This document shows positions 51,950 through 64,000 of a DNA stretch of 64,000 nucleotides, one piece after another; within the stretch, counting starts at the first letter, position 1; each line of letters begins with the position of its first letter. The notes below the pieces were generated by a model, which did no database searches, was not told where the DNA came from, and saw only the letters and a list, made by a program, of their open reading frames with translations. Source of the stretch: Botryllus schlosseri (lineage: Eukaryota); NCBI GenBank assembly GCA_051294905.1, contig CM119373.1, positions 1,242,001 through 1,306,000 of the forward strand, written 5' to 3'. Position numbers and translations under genes: made by a program.

Positions 51950-53402
51950 CCAGAGAACTAACTTGTGGAGTGCCACAAGGCTCAGTCCTTGGACCGACTT
52001 TTTTCCTCATTTATATTAACGACATTGTTAATGCATCTTTATTCCGCACAACGCTATTTGCTGATGATACTCACCTCTTCATAACCTCCAACACTATCGA
52101 TGGTTTGCATGCATCTGTGAATAGGGAACTCCCAAAAGTGTCGAGATGGCTCCAAGCAAACAAACTAAGTGTTTAATTTTATTTCTATTTTCCTTTCTTA
52201 AGTAAACATTTTTTACAGCCAGACTGTTCAGAGTCAAGTGTACCTGTTTGATGCTGGTGTGATCAGACTAGATGACCTTCACGGTCGTATCGATCATTCC
52301 TATCTAATACCGAATACTGTGCACCAGTGTTGGGATGACTCGAGTCATGACTTGACTCGAGTCAGACTCGAGTCACTTTTTCGTATGACTTGACTTGACT
52401 CGAGTCACTTTGCAAAAATGACTTGACTTGACTTGACTCGGCGCTTCAAAAATGCGGATTGACTCGTGACTCGGAGCAAAATTTACGAGTCAATTTCAAG
52501 TCATCAAGTAAACGGTATCAATCAAATCATTGTATTTTGGACATATGTTCGTATTGTTCGCGATACGCCTATGTGCCACTTGTGAGAGTAACCAGTCATT
52601 CACTGAATGTACGTTTGAATGATCCTCCATTATTGCATCACAAATATATTGACCACAACGAAATGATCACAGGTTACGTTGTAGTAGTAGTAGTAGTAGT
52701 AGTAGAAGTAGTAGTAGTAGTAGTAGAAGAAGAAGAATACAATAGCAATTAACGTATCTATGTTTCTTGGACGGCTCACTGCCAACATTGCGCAGTGATC
52801 ACCGTTACCAACCATCTTGTATGATTCAAATCCATATCAATTTGTTTCAACGTCTCGAGGCTTCGTATTCGATCCTAATGGCTGACATAATAACAGACTG
52901 TATAGCATGGTATACAGTTAGTCGCGTATATTATTTGCGGTTCTACGTCTGCATGATAAACGCCTTCTTGCATGCATATTCATTATTCAACTTTATAAAG
53001 TATGTGTGTGTATACATTAGTTATTTGATGCAAGATAAATGGTAAATTATACTGTCTTTCACTCAGCTAGCAAAATGTAATTACTCTGAATCGTCACTGA
53101 TACTTCGAAAATTCAATTTGACTTGAATTGTGACTTGACTCGTGACTCGACTTGACTTGACTTGACTTGACTCGAGTCACATCCAAAAAACGAGTGACTT
53201 GACTTGACTCGAGTCACTTTCGAAAATCGATTGACTTGACTTGACTCGAGTCAAAATGTGCAATGACTCGAGATGACTCGTGACTCGAAGGTACTGACTT
53301 GATCCCAACACTGCTTGTGCACGCATATTTTCTGTACCACCAGCACTGCCGTTTGTTATGTATTTTGGTTCGATGAAAATAAAGACTCTCTCTCTCTCTC
53401 TC
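51950..53402 (+). mobile_element. Internally deleted CR1/L2-group LINE (RT core fused to 3' UTR) inserted in the hAT transposase
   Basis: CGVPQGSVLGPTFFLIYIND...LFADDT...WLQANKL, then a 3' UTR matching 8061-8298 and a (TC)n tail. Confidence 0.82.
52325..53313. mobile_element. hAT-type GACTCGAGTC MITE, contains (GTA)n microsatellite at ~52681-52725
   Basis: TIRs cagtgttgggat / atcccaacactg, TSD ctgtgcac / c(t)tgtgcac. The empty site is visible at ~8205-8220. Confidence 0.88.
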
Positions 53403-55249
53403 TGATACGAAATTTAACTACTGAATATTCACCCGCTTTTCCGACATTCCTTCTCTACAAAATGAATTCTGACTATTCAGTACTCCGTTTATTGTGGACG
53501 CCAATACCTTTGCCTGAAAATTTCAAATGGGCCTTTCTCAAATGCGATGCAGTTGAATTGAATGACAAATTTCATACAAAGAGCATATCGCTGCATGACT
53601 TTGACAAAGAGTACATTCCTGAAATTGGTCTTTATCCCAGCTTGACCAACAATGCAAAAGAGATTGCATCGATTTTTGAAAGCACGTACGCATGTGAACA
53701 ATAGTTTTGAACAATGAAATCCACGAAGAGCAAGCTAAGATCGCGTATTTCGGACGTCCATTTTGAATAGGGTCTTATTCTTGTTTCATCTGACTTGTTA
53801 CCAGAAGTTGAAAACCTTTCACAAAGCAAGCTGCGTCAATTGCCACATTTATTCTGTGTTGATGAAGTGTAAATACATGTGTCTGCTGGTTGGTATGATT
53901 GAGATTGCAGCAATGTAGGATAATATACCGAAGTGAACGTAAAATATAGTACTAAGAAAAATTCCGGCCCGCCAAAAAGTTGTACACCCGAAATTTGGCC
54001 CGCGACTAGCAAAAGGTTGCCGACCCCTGCACTAACCTATGGATTTCTGTTTCCACTTTATCAAGTAAAGCGTATGGCACTTTACGCGCTTTGTAAAATT
54101 TCGGAACGGCGTTGGGCTTCATGTTGAGCCGTGCTTTAATGCCTACAACCTTCCCTAGTTGCGTTTCGAAGATGCGAGTATCCCTCAATAGCCTGCTTAG
54201 GTAATCTCTGGAATTCTAACTCTGACCGCTAACAACGGCTTCGGCGTAAGATGATCCCCGAGCAATTTAACTATTTGTTGGTAACTCTTATCTTTCGGTT
54301 TTTCTGGTGTCGAGAGATTTCGAACGAGGCTATATGCTTTCGCCCCACATACCGTTAGCAAGACAGCTTTCATTTTTCCTTCGTCGGCAATACCATTCGC
54401 TTCAAAGTAAAGCTCCAAGCGTTCGACATACTCGTCCCACTCGTCTTCACCCAACTATTTGTTGGTAACTCTTATCTTTCGGTTTTTCTGGTGTCGAGAG
54501 ATTTCGAACGAGGCTATATGCTTTCGCCCCACATACCGTTAGCAAGACAGCTTTCATTTTTCCTTCGTCGGCAATACAAAGCTCCAAGCGTTCGACATAC
54601 TCGTCCCACTCGTCTTCACCCAAGTTGAACTCGGGCACTTTCCCGTATCCTCGGCTTCCGGCCGCAGCAGTGTCGTTGTTCATCCTCGTCGCCAATGTTG
54701 TGTCTTTATTCACATAACAAAATAAGCAAAGGCAATTTACAATCATGTCCCTGATAGCTCAGTTTAAATGCTATAAGTCCAGACCGTTATTGAATAGCTG
54801 TTCCTTGCAGGCACAAAATTAAATCATTATATACGAAAATGCTGCTGTCAGTACGACGATAATGGCGCACAAAATGTTGAAATCCCAAATGAAATTACAA
54901 TGTAAATTAAGAATATATACGTGTCCAATGACACCGCGGTATTGCAGTTTGTAGCCATTATCAATACAATAACTGCTATCTGAACGCAACCATAAAAATA
55001 ACCGAATGATCTGTTACGGCACTGAGTGAATGACTAAAAAAGCGACAGGCAGAAGCTTTCGCGGTCACACGGTATCTTTACCTGACTTAATAGTTCTATC
55101 TGCGTGGACATGGTTCAATATGCGTTCGACTACATCCAAAAACCATGACACTACAGTCGGTTTAGATACGCTGCTAGCATACTTCGCCCAGCGAAATCGG
55201 CGATCTTCCTCCGTGCAGCGGACCGTGAAGTCGGCTGTTGTGTATCACT

Positions 55250-55833
55250 GTCACCAATGGAAATCGGTCATAAGCCTTCTTTAATGCGAAGCCAGCAATA
55301 TACTCCAGTGTTTCACTTTCGAATCGTCCAATTCTCCCCCTACCAATTTTCCCTCTCTTCCCACTCCACCAATTAAGGCAATTTTTCTAAGTGCCTCGAG
55401 CAACAGTCTTGGCGCCCTCTGATCTGCTGACAATCCCTCAAAATATTTGACAGCTGTACAACATTCTTCGGAGTACTCTCTAACAACTGTTGCAGAATCA
55501 GGTGCAGGTATGTAATGTGACATGAACTGCCTCAATTTTTGGCTGGCATAGGAGGTTAAATTGACCCGCTAATCAATGTCTTTGATTATATCCTCTGGAG
55601 ACGGTTGACGAATATTTTCATTCATGCCAATTACAATAGATTTAGGATTAGGTTTGCTTCCACTAGGTTCTTCATCCATGTCTACGTATCGGAGCTCATG
55701 AATTATATCATCGGTCAGTAGTAACTCCTAGCTAACCTCGTTCATGTTTAAATGCTATAAGTCCAGACCGTTATTGAATAGCTGTTCCTTGCAGGCACAA
55801 AATTAAATCATTATATACGAAAATGCTGCTGTC
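55250..55833 (-). repeat. Near-identical duplicate of the P3 partner gene segment without the Gypsy insertion
   Basis: Matches 41985-42485 plus 54767-54849 contiguously, with a single gttta at the empty site. Confidence 0.9.
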
Positions 55834-56835
55834 TGATGACCGTGGCCCCCGCTATGCTCGTATACAGTCTTGCCAGATAACAGCTAATTAGCCTAACTTA
55901 ATATGTTAGTACAGTTATGGAGATCACCAGACATAAGACAAGTGCATTCAATGCTCTCTGTGTAAAGTTGAGGCATCCTGGGTATTTATCCTGTAATAAA
56001 ACCATACGTACAGTCACATAGTATTCAGTCTATGTTAAATTGCCGACTATTAGTATGGCAAGAGGTTCTCGATCTCTTCCGGCGGGTATTTTTCTCCGAT
56101 TGCACTCACGTACTGACGAAAATGAACTTCGAAGAAATATAATCAATAGTGTGTAGATCACACGGTACCGAAATTCGCTAGCGACTTCGTTTCTTTCTTT
56201 GCTTCACTCCTTCGCTGGCAAGGTCGCTAGTCAAGACGCTACCGATGCGTTACACTCTCGAGCTCGCTAGTGAATCTTGTTGTGACAGTATTACGTCACA
56301 GCGGAGAAAAAGTTACTGTGAAATAGAAATCAGTTGTTCGAAAACCGCCGTGTACGGACTTAGCCTAGTAGGTGATACATTGTAGCATACAGACCTGTGT
56401 GGCATTTGCAATAACAAAAGCAAATCTTATGATATTGAAATAGGTGAAAATGTTGGCTACTGCAACAACAAGAATTCAAATGTTTAAATTAGAACACAAG
56501 GTATGTAAATCGATAACGACAAGGGCCATGCAATGATGGACGAGGAGATTACGAAATCTGACCCAACTCATGCTTGATATGAAGGGATCAGGGCTTCTAC
56601 TGGATATTTTATTACGCCGATTTCTGATTTGATCATCGTGGTCACTTCCTTCATCAAGCAGCCGTTGTTGTGCCCTACAAAACTCTCCGCAACTGACCAA
56701 CACCAAGCCAATCGCAGTTGAATAAATCACTATGATACCGCATTTGACTGCTGAAATGTGTTCATTTATTGAATGCCATTACCAATGAAAGCACCGTACC
56801 GGCGCAGTTTCTCGCTCCGAGTAAGACGTACTGTA

Positions 56836-58314
56836 CAGTTAACTCCCGGTCAAGTACGCACCCGTTTAAGTTCGCATCCCAGATAAGTACGCGAAAATTC
56901 TTCACAAATTCTGGGTTCAACTTTTTTCAGTAATTTATTTATTTTAAACAGCAACCACATTAACTGGAAAAGTTGAACGTCAATTAGACAATAGTTCACT
57001 GCTTAAACATGTCGCGCAAAGCCATCTGATGCATATTTTGCACTCTTTTCTGCTTGACTTCCAACTTCACCTGTGTCGGTTTTCGCTGAAAGCATTCAAG
57101 AGTGCTTTTGAGATTATCGGAAGCACCTCCTGCTCGATCCTGTAAGGCAGGACACAGCACTTCGTTGTAAAGTTGTTCAAAGCCAATCGGTGCTTTTTTG
57201 ACAGGTGCACATGTACAGTACAATTGTCATGCTTGAGCCAGCCTCATCGTTAGTGTCATAATTTTAAGCCTGCATCGTTTCCAACACATCATTCACGTCA
57301 TCCAAAATTGCCTGTGAATACTTTTCATTATTCCCGTCATCAACATGCATAAATCCTTCTAGCTCGTCTTTGTCAATCGAAATACCCATATAGACTTGAA
57401 ACATGTCAGACCTGAAGTTAGCTTCCTCATCAACGCCCCCATCCAACGGAGTTATTTGTTGAGTCTGGATTTCTTACCGACTCACCCGATATTAATCACC
57501 ATACCTGCTTTATATAGTGAGCAGCATCCAGCAAATGAGCTGGGTTCTCATAAGCAACACTTGCGGCCCCTATGGCTTCTGGATAATCTTTTAGCTTGTT
57601 CTTTCTTGTGGGCCTTCAAGTTCTCGTCAAGCTCGTAAAAGTCCAGAACCTCCCTGAGGTAGAAATATTTGTACCTCTTCTTCAGCCGCGATGATTCCCT
57701 TGTCACATGGCTGACGTTATTCCATTCAAGGGCTGCAAATGTCCCGGGGCGTTATCCAACAACAAGAGAAACAGACGTCCTGTTCTTTTTTTACTTCAGC
57801 ATAAAACACTCCGTTGAACCATTTCCAACTTTTGTCCATGTCCATCGAACGCTGTCCACGATATTTGACAGGCCATCTCCGATTCTCTACAGGCCTGAGA
57901 TTTAGGTTTCCAATCAATGTGCATGGAACTTTGTGTGCTCCTGTGGCATTTGCACAGACAACCAGAGTCACTCTCTGGCGAGACTTCTTTTACTCGGAGC
58001 GGACGGCACACACAACTTTGCAATGACTTCATCTAATCTTACCTTTACCCTGACATCATGCGAACGCGCAAATTGTTCCCAACAAATTACTTCGGCTTTA
58101 CTGTACACTTATCAGAAAATATAGCATACAAAACCGCACAACAGAAAATGAGCGTGGGCAACGCATCGTCAATGACGTAAAGAAAATTCAAAATTTGTCC
58201 ATAGCTGCAAGCATACGATCACTGGGTAGCTGCATATCTGTTAAGTACGCACTACCACATAAGTTCGCACAAACTACTGAGGATCAAGTTGCGTACTTAA
58301 CCGGGAGATGACTG
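56836..58314 (-). mobile_element. pogo/Tigger-type Tc1/mariner element, internally deleted
   Basis: TIRs cagttaactcccggtcaagtacgc / gcgtacttaaccgggagatgactg flanked by TA. Remnants RVTLVVCANATGAHK and LLLDNAPGH. Right end tandemly duplicated to ~58370. Confidence 0.87.
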
Positions 58315-58539
58315 TACTCGGTTAACCTTTTCCCAAACCGGGAGATGACTGTACTCGGTTAACCTTTTCCCACCCATCATGACGTAACACTCGTCTTAGT
58401 GAAAAAGTGAGATTATCGCGAGTGATGTCGCTAGTGAATATTGTACGTGTGGCCTACGCTTTAGGCAATATCCTTGCCTTTACGACTCTGGCGACGGTAA
58501 CTACCATAGCAAGAATGTAAAGGGCAACGCATGGAGCGC

Positions 58540-59145
58540 AGTTACCAATTCACTTCCAATTCCAATGCGTATTATGGATGTGAAAAGTCAAATTGGAAAC
58601 ACTTGAGGGACAAGTACCGAAAAATGAGGAATAAAATAAATGACAGCTACAAATCTGGAATGCTATGAAACCATGAAATTTCTGGGTAGCAAAAAACGAT
58701 CACTAACATTGATGATACGAGCAATTTAGATACCTCTGATATTGAACGTTTGGATGCGAGTTCTAACGAAGATTTCCACATTTTAAATTTGATACCAGAA
58801 GGAGATTCAGAGACGGCTCCACCCACATGATATACGAACTCCCAAGAGAGTTGGAAACTATCGGCAACCTGGAAACTCCCAGAAATCGAAGGAGGTCATC
58901 TACTGTGGTGAACAATAACATCACATCAGTGAACTCAAGAAAGCAATGAATACTATCGGCTACGTCTGCACCTCGTTCACCAGCTGCCCCTCAAAATATG
59001 GTAGCTGAAAAAGCGCCAGTTCTTTGGTTCTTAATGAAATGAGCTATCAACTTGCCGCAACATGTTCTTCTTCAATTTGAGATGGATGTCCACCAAATAC
59101 TTTTACCTTTGTTCAATGAACATGACCATGCTATTCAGCAATAAA
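58540..59145 (+). pseudogene. Possible 3' part of Harbinger accessory (MADF/BESS-type) gene convergent with the transposase
   Basis: Acidic/Ser-rich linker then NLPQHVLLQFEMDVHQILL, followed by AATAAA; position next to the Harbinger transposase. Weak. Confidence 0.3.
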
Positions 59146-59349
59146 CATGTATTGAAAAATGCAGACAGACATTGTGCATCATTGTTTTAGTGAAGGTTTG
59201 GCGCAGGTTATAATTTTCCAACAGAATTGAAAAATGCAGATCATGTGCAGCATTATTGTAGTGAAAGTTTCGAGCCGGTTCAAAATTCCAAACAGTAGCA
59301 TATAGCAAACAAGACAGAAAAGGAATTATAATGACATGCGATTAATGAA

Positions 59350-62304
59350 TCAGCGTACGCCATTGACATATTCAACTTGACCACTTATTTCACCAGCTGC
59401 GCTGGTAAAGTACTGCATGAAGGCTTCGCGTATAGCTTTTGCTTCTCCCGAGACACCTCTTCCAACCCGATCGAAGGAAACGAAGGCTGCAGACGGGTGT
59501 TTGGGAATACTAGGTTCGCGCCGAGATGAGCAATTGTCTTTTCTGAGATAATTGTGCAGAGAGACACACGCTTTCACAACTTCATCCACATTTTCTGGTT
59601 TCAAGCACAACGGCTTGCGAAACACGCGGAATATAGCAGACATAATTCCGAAAGCATTTTCAACTGTCCTTAGGGTTTTTGATAAGCGGTAATTGAAAAT
59701 TTTCTTTGAGTGAACTTTTTTGCCGGGAAGGGTCCAATCAAGTTGTGGCACAACGTAAATGCCTCATCCGCAACGAGAACATGTGGCATACTGGGTAGTC
59801 CAGGCTGGTCAGCAGGTAATTCCAATGTCCCGTCTATTATTTGCTTTCCGAAGTCGGAATGGCTGAACATCCCAGCATCAGTATTTCGTCCATAAGAGCT
59901 GATTGAAACCCACAGAAATTTATAATTTCCATCCGTCGGTATTGCCATTAGCACCATGCTGAAGGTCTTTTTGTAGTTGAAGTACCAAGAGCCGGAATTT
60001 GGTGTAGCCTCTATAAACACATGTTTTCCGTCGATTGCGCCGACGCACTTGGGGAAGTTTCACCTTGATTGAAATTGCATGGATACCTCCTTCAATCTTG
60101 AAGATGTAGGTCGAGGTAAAACGATAGGTTGAAGGCAATTCCATATGGCCTGACATGTTTCTGGGACGATTTTACTGATTGTTGTGTGGGGTGTATCCGA
60201 AAACTGTAGCCAAGGCAATGGTAGTCATTCCCGGTAGCAAGAAATCTAATAAAAATACCGAAGTTTCAATGAGATAAGTAGGTACAACAAAAGCACACTG
60301 CAATTCACCTCCAATTCACAGCAAGCCTCTCAGAAGGACCAATAGGTTCCCTCATACATGTGGCTTGTTTGGTGATACTTGGGCCAATCAGTCGCAGTAG
60401 TGCTTGGTATTGCGCCTTGTTCATTCGGAAAAAGTTTATGAACATCTCCCTCCAATGCCAATTCTTTAACAAGTTGGTGGAAATGACCTGTTGAATATGA
60501 AAATTGGTGAGTAAAAATGAGGCAATAAATACTGAACTAACAAATGGTCTCAACAAGCTAGTTATCTTACGACAACTCTTTAACTCTCTGGTCGCAGGTC
60601 GCATTATTACATTATTATTATTAGGACCAGGGCCCGCGATGCTTGTTGAGCAGTAGACTAGTAGTAAAATTTGTCTTTGAAACGAGACCAAAAAACTGAA
60701 GCAACAAAAATTGTCTCAGTAAGCTAGTTTTGTCTTGTGTTGTCTTGTTTTCTTTTAAATGCCAACGTTCCGGTATAAATTTCAAGACCACAGACCAGGT
60801 TCTTTCTTGTTAAGCAAAATTTGTCTAAAAACAAGACCAAGCAAAATTTGTCTAAAAACAAGACCAAACAGACTGATACGTTGCAAATTGACAATCTGTA
60901 TCAGTGGTTCCCAACCTTTTCCGGTGTCAGGGCCACATTTGGAATTTCGGAGTACGGCTGGGGCCGCACGAATACACTCATCAAGTATAGCAAAAGTTAT
61001 AAAGCCTCAAAGTACGTACCAACGAAGAACGAATTAAAACACTAACAAGAAGGAAATACGAAAATCAATTTAATGTCCAACTTGGCATTGGCTTTGAGAT
61101 TTACGAAGTTTGCCAAAGCGAGGAGTAATTGCAGATGATGCAGTACGCAGTAGCTGCTTGAGATGGTTATCGGTCAATCGATTGCGATATTGATTTTTTA
61201 TTCTCGCCATTTTGCTGAAAAGTGCTTCTTATTCTCACCATTTTGCTGAAAAGTGCTTCACATACATAAGTTGACCCAAACAGAGAAGCGTGTTTCTGTG
61301 CATTGATTATCAAGTTGGGATACTTTCCGCCTGGAACTTGACTCCGAAATTCAAGTAAGTCTTCACTTTTAAATAATTGCTTCAGCTCGATATCTGATTG
61401 CATGTCTTACAACTCCAATTGACAATTGCCAGGAGCAGTGGCTATATTAACGGCAAAAGGATTGGAAAACATTTTCATCATGGGCAGAAAAGCATTCAAT
61501 CCGTCTATATGCGGCGATTTAACTCATCGATCAGGTTGCTGATGAGCCTGTTGTATACATCAAATGATGCATTGGCTCGATGGCCTAGTGTTGGAAAATG
61601 TGCTGTAACACCATCTGCAAGCTGCGTTTTCGAGAGACACAGCTTGTTAATGAAAGCAGTTGTTGTTCTATACAAATCATGACAGAGCTTGTTATTGCCC
61701 TGTAGAGCGCGATTGAGAGTAGACAGGTGTGTAGTTGCTAGACATGCAAATGCGATTTTCGCTGTGATTTCGTTATATACTGATTGCTGTGCGTCTATAA
61801 ATGGTAAATGCGTCTATAAATGGTAAATAATTGTTAATGAACAGAATTTTATGGCAGCATTTTACTCACAACCTTCCTGCAATCCTAATTAATAACTCCA
61901 GACTCCAAGCCAAACAACAGTTTTTTATAAAAAAAAATTATTTTATTTTATGTAGTAAATCGATTTCCTAATACGTTTGTGCGGGCCGCAAGAAGGGTAG
62001 CTGGGGGCCGCGGTTGGGAATCACTGATCTATATTATACACAGTCTCGGTTCTAAGACATCACTTGATCATTAAAACCCTAAATGATACTAAATCAACCT
62101 ACTGTCTTGCATTTGACTAGAGTGGACTTTGTAGTGTACTAGAACGGTACATACCTTGTGACTTTCTGCGCAGGTACAACTGCCGTACCCATTTTAAGCG
62201 TTTTTTCTCCTTGAATTCTGTTTCCTCAGTTCCACCAAATAACATGAACAGACCAAGCATGCAGACGTAGCCAGCAAAATTTGATGTCTTCTCTCGTCGT
62301 CCAT
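59350..62304 (-). pseudogene. PIF/Harbinger transposase, 3 exons (62304-62155, ~60500-60309, ~60246-59350)
   Basis: KWVRQLYLRRKSQG; FFRMNKAQY...MREPIGPSERLAV; FLATG; FPKCVGAIDGKHV; YFNYKKTFSMVLMA; VADEAF; FNYRLS...VENAFGI...ACVSLHN. Frameshifts present. Confidence 0.9.
60902..62026 (-). mobile_element. hAT (Charlie/GTF2IRD2-type) deleted element in the Harbinger intron
   Basis: TIRs cagtggttcccaacc / ggttgggaatcactg, TSD atctgtat / atctatat. Remnant LFGSTYVCEALFSKM. Confidence 0.87.
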
Positions 62305-63689
62305 CACTCCACACTTGCAAGACCAGCAAACTGAACAAACTCACCAAGTACCTCGCGCTGACGCTCAAAAGACGCTACAGGAGCGTTATCAAGCGCTGCC
62401 GCGCGGCGGGAGTTTCGCGTTAGCTCGCGCCTGCAGTTCGCGGTACAGGGAGTCTTTAGAATAAACAAAGAATGCCTCGCGGCAACTCATCGTGTAACCG
62501 AGCCTTAAATGGTACGCACGCACGCAATCCAAGGCGTATGCAACTATAGATAAATAGGGTAAACCGTAGATGCGACGGTTTGTGCAGAATGCATAGCGTA
62601 AAATGCAGCGGTGTCGAGTGTAGGTTCCCCAATCACGAACTATTCTACACGCTCACTGTACAACCAAATTAAGGTGCAATCCGCAGTATATTCAAGACAT
62701 TGTTAGAGATGTGTTGTTGCATTTCACGACATCTCAGACTTTCAGCATGTGATTTCTAAGCAATCCAGCCACTCACTGTATCTCAACTATTCAAGTATGG
62801 CACCAACACATCGTGCAAAGCCGGGCTGCAATTGGTCATGTTCCAAAGCAAAGAAATGCGCGGATTGTTCACAATCCATCAACCGCAATTTGCAAACAAT
62901 CCTGAAGAGAAATCTCACCGGGAAAATTTCACAACATCTATCTTGTCATTTGGAGACCACACTCAAGGAGACATAATAAAATATACGTTACATAAAGAAA
63001 CGCGAGTCAATGCTTCCCAATCCGCAAGCGTGGGTGTAGGGAGATGTGTACCGATGGAGCACTGGGACCAAAAATACTTGAACAATTCTGAATGATAATC
63101 TCATAATTACACTCCGTGAATTTCTTTACAAATTTATGCTGGCGGAATCTTCCTTCACACGCAAATAACTTTGACCTGCGCGACTTTTTGTTAATCATAT
63201 GTTATGGCTGGCAATTTGAACTTGAAAAAGTACAGCTCTAGCATTCTGCACTCTGACTTCATTTCTAGGTGAGTAATAAGTCTCGTCCTTTGGTGCTGAT
63301 GAGAGATGACGGACAGACTGTTCCGGCAGAAGATTCATTAGATTAGAGCAAATAATCCCAACTACATCTGAAGAAATAAACAATGCGGGAAAGCAACATT
63401 ACTGCACGAGCACGGGCGGCGACGTATACGAAGTCTGTTTCAATACTGCGACGTGAGGGATTTCACCCGCAATGTCAAGCTTTGCTAAGACCAATATCGA
63501 AGCCTGCTATGGGGTAGGCTGAAGTTGTCTATCATGGGTGTTTTTGGTATGCACTGTTAGTTTCGTGTGCTGCAAGCCAGTTTATGAATTCACACGTGAT
63601 GAAAACGTCCAGCAAAAAATAACTGAAGGAAATGAAATCTCACATTGCCGATATATGTCGATCACGCGAATGCCAATGACGACGACTCG

Positions 63690-63900
63690 CAATGTAAAAA
63701 AAAATATTGGAGTTATCAGGGACATGAACCCAAGCATTAATTTGTCTCGCAGAGAAGCCGGAATTCTAATTAGATTGCAGACTGGTCATTCTAGGCTGAA
63801 CGGCCATCTCCACAGAATGAAATGTCACCAAAATGTCCTTTGTGATGTATGCGGGATCGAAGAAAACGTGGAACATTTCCTTCTTCCCTGCCCTATAAGT
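63690..63900 (+). mobile_element. LINE ORF2 C-terminal zinc finger fragment (I/Nimb/R1-like)
   Basis: LSRREAGILIRLQTGHSRLNGHLHRMK...CDVCGIEENVEHFLLPCP. Confidence 0.7.
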
Positions 63901-64000
63901 ATGACGTGCCAGGATGAATCTAATTCAGACCATCAACCAGTGCGGCAGATCTTAGCAAAGCTTCACACCTTAACCAATAAATTACTTCCCGTTATCCAGG

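Larger units (their letters stand above)
44036..54029 (+). mobile_element. hAT (Charlie/GTF2IRD2-type) element inserted in the Gypsy RT; transposase remnants ~51470-51950 and ~53400-53850
   Basis: TIRs caagggtcggcaacc / ggttgccgacccctg, perfect TSD cactaacc. Remnant peptides RVYELRNEIATFL, LNLQLQG and IFESTYACEQ. Confidence 0.9.
42486..54761 (-). mobile_element. Gypsy (Mag-like) LTR retrotransposon derivative with 66-bp LTRs; gag/pol rearranged, no integrase
   Basis: LTRs 42486-42551 and 54696-54761 (TG...CA, 1 mismatch), 5-bp TSD gttta, PBS-like TGGCGACGAGG. Gag N-terminus (EDEWDEYVERLE, duplicated), RT (WASPIVPV, RICGDFK, IDLSQAY, RLPFGV, LLDDILI), zinc knuckles and protease DTGA. Confidence 0.92.

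Overview
Eukaryotic (animal, probably marine invertebrate; species not determinable) nuclear DNA with short GT-AG introns. The first ~5 kb holds the last six coding exons of TMEM67/meckelin. The rest is a dense, deeply nested set of transposable elements: three diverged intron-rich P-element/THAP transposase loci, a cluster of Tx1/L1 LINEs, a CR1/L2-group LINE, a rearranged Gypsy LTR element, hAT, EnSpm/CACTA-like, pogo/Tigger, Harbinger and Penelope elements, and many MITEs. There is also a U6 snRNA fragment and a ZU5-domain exon. Main observations: (1) all three P-element transposases stop shortly after the catalytic QDxLE motif, and each faces a convergent second gene resembling the missing P-transposase C-terminal domain, suggesting a split two-gene P element. 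(2) The Gypsy derivative has 66-bp LTRs built largely from its own protease coding sequence. (3) A transposase-less EnSpm-like element carries an apparently intact 9-exon DUF4806-type gene inside a five-level nest. All calls come from manual reading and motif recognition; no database searches were run.
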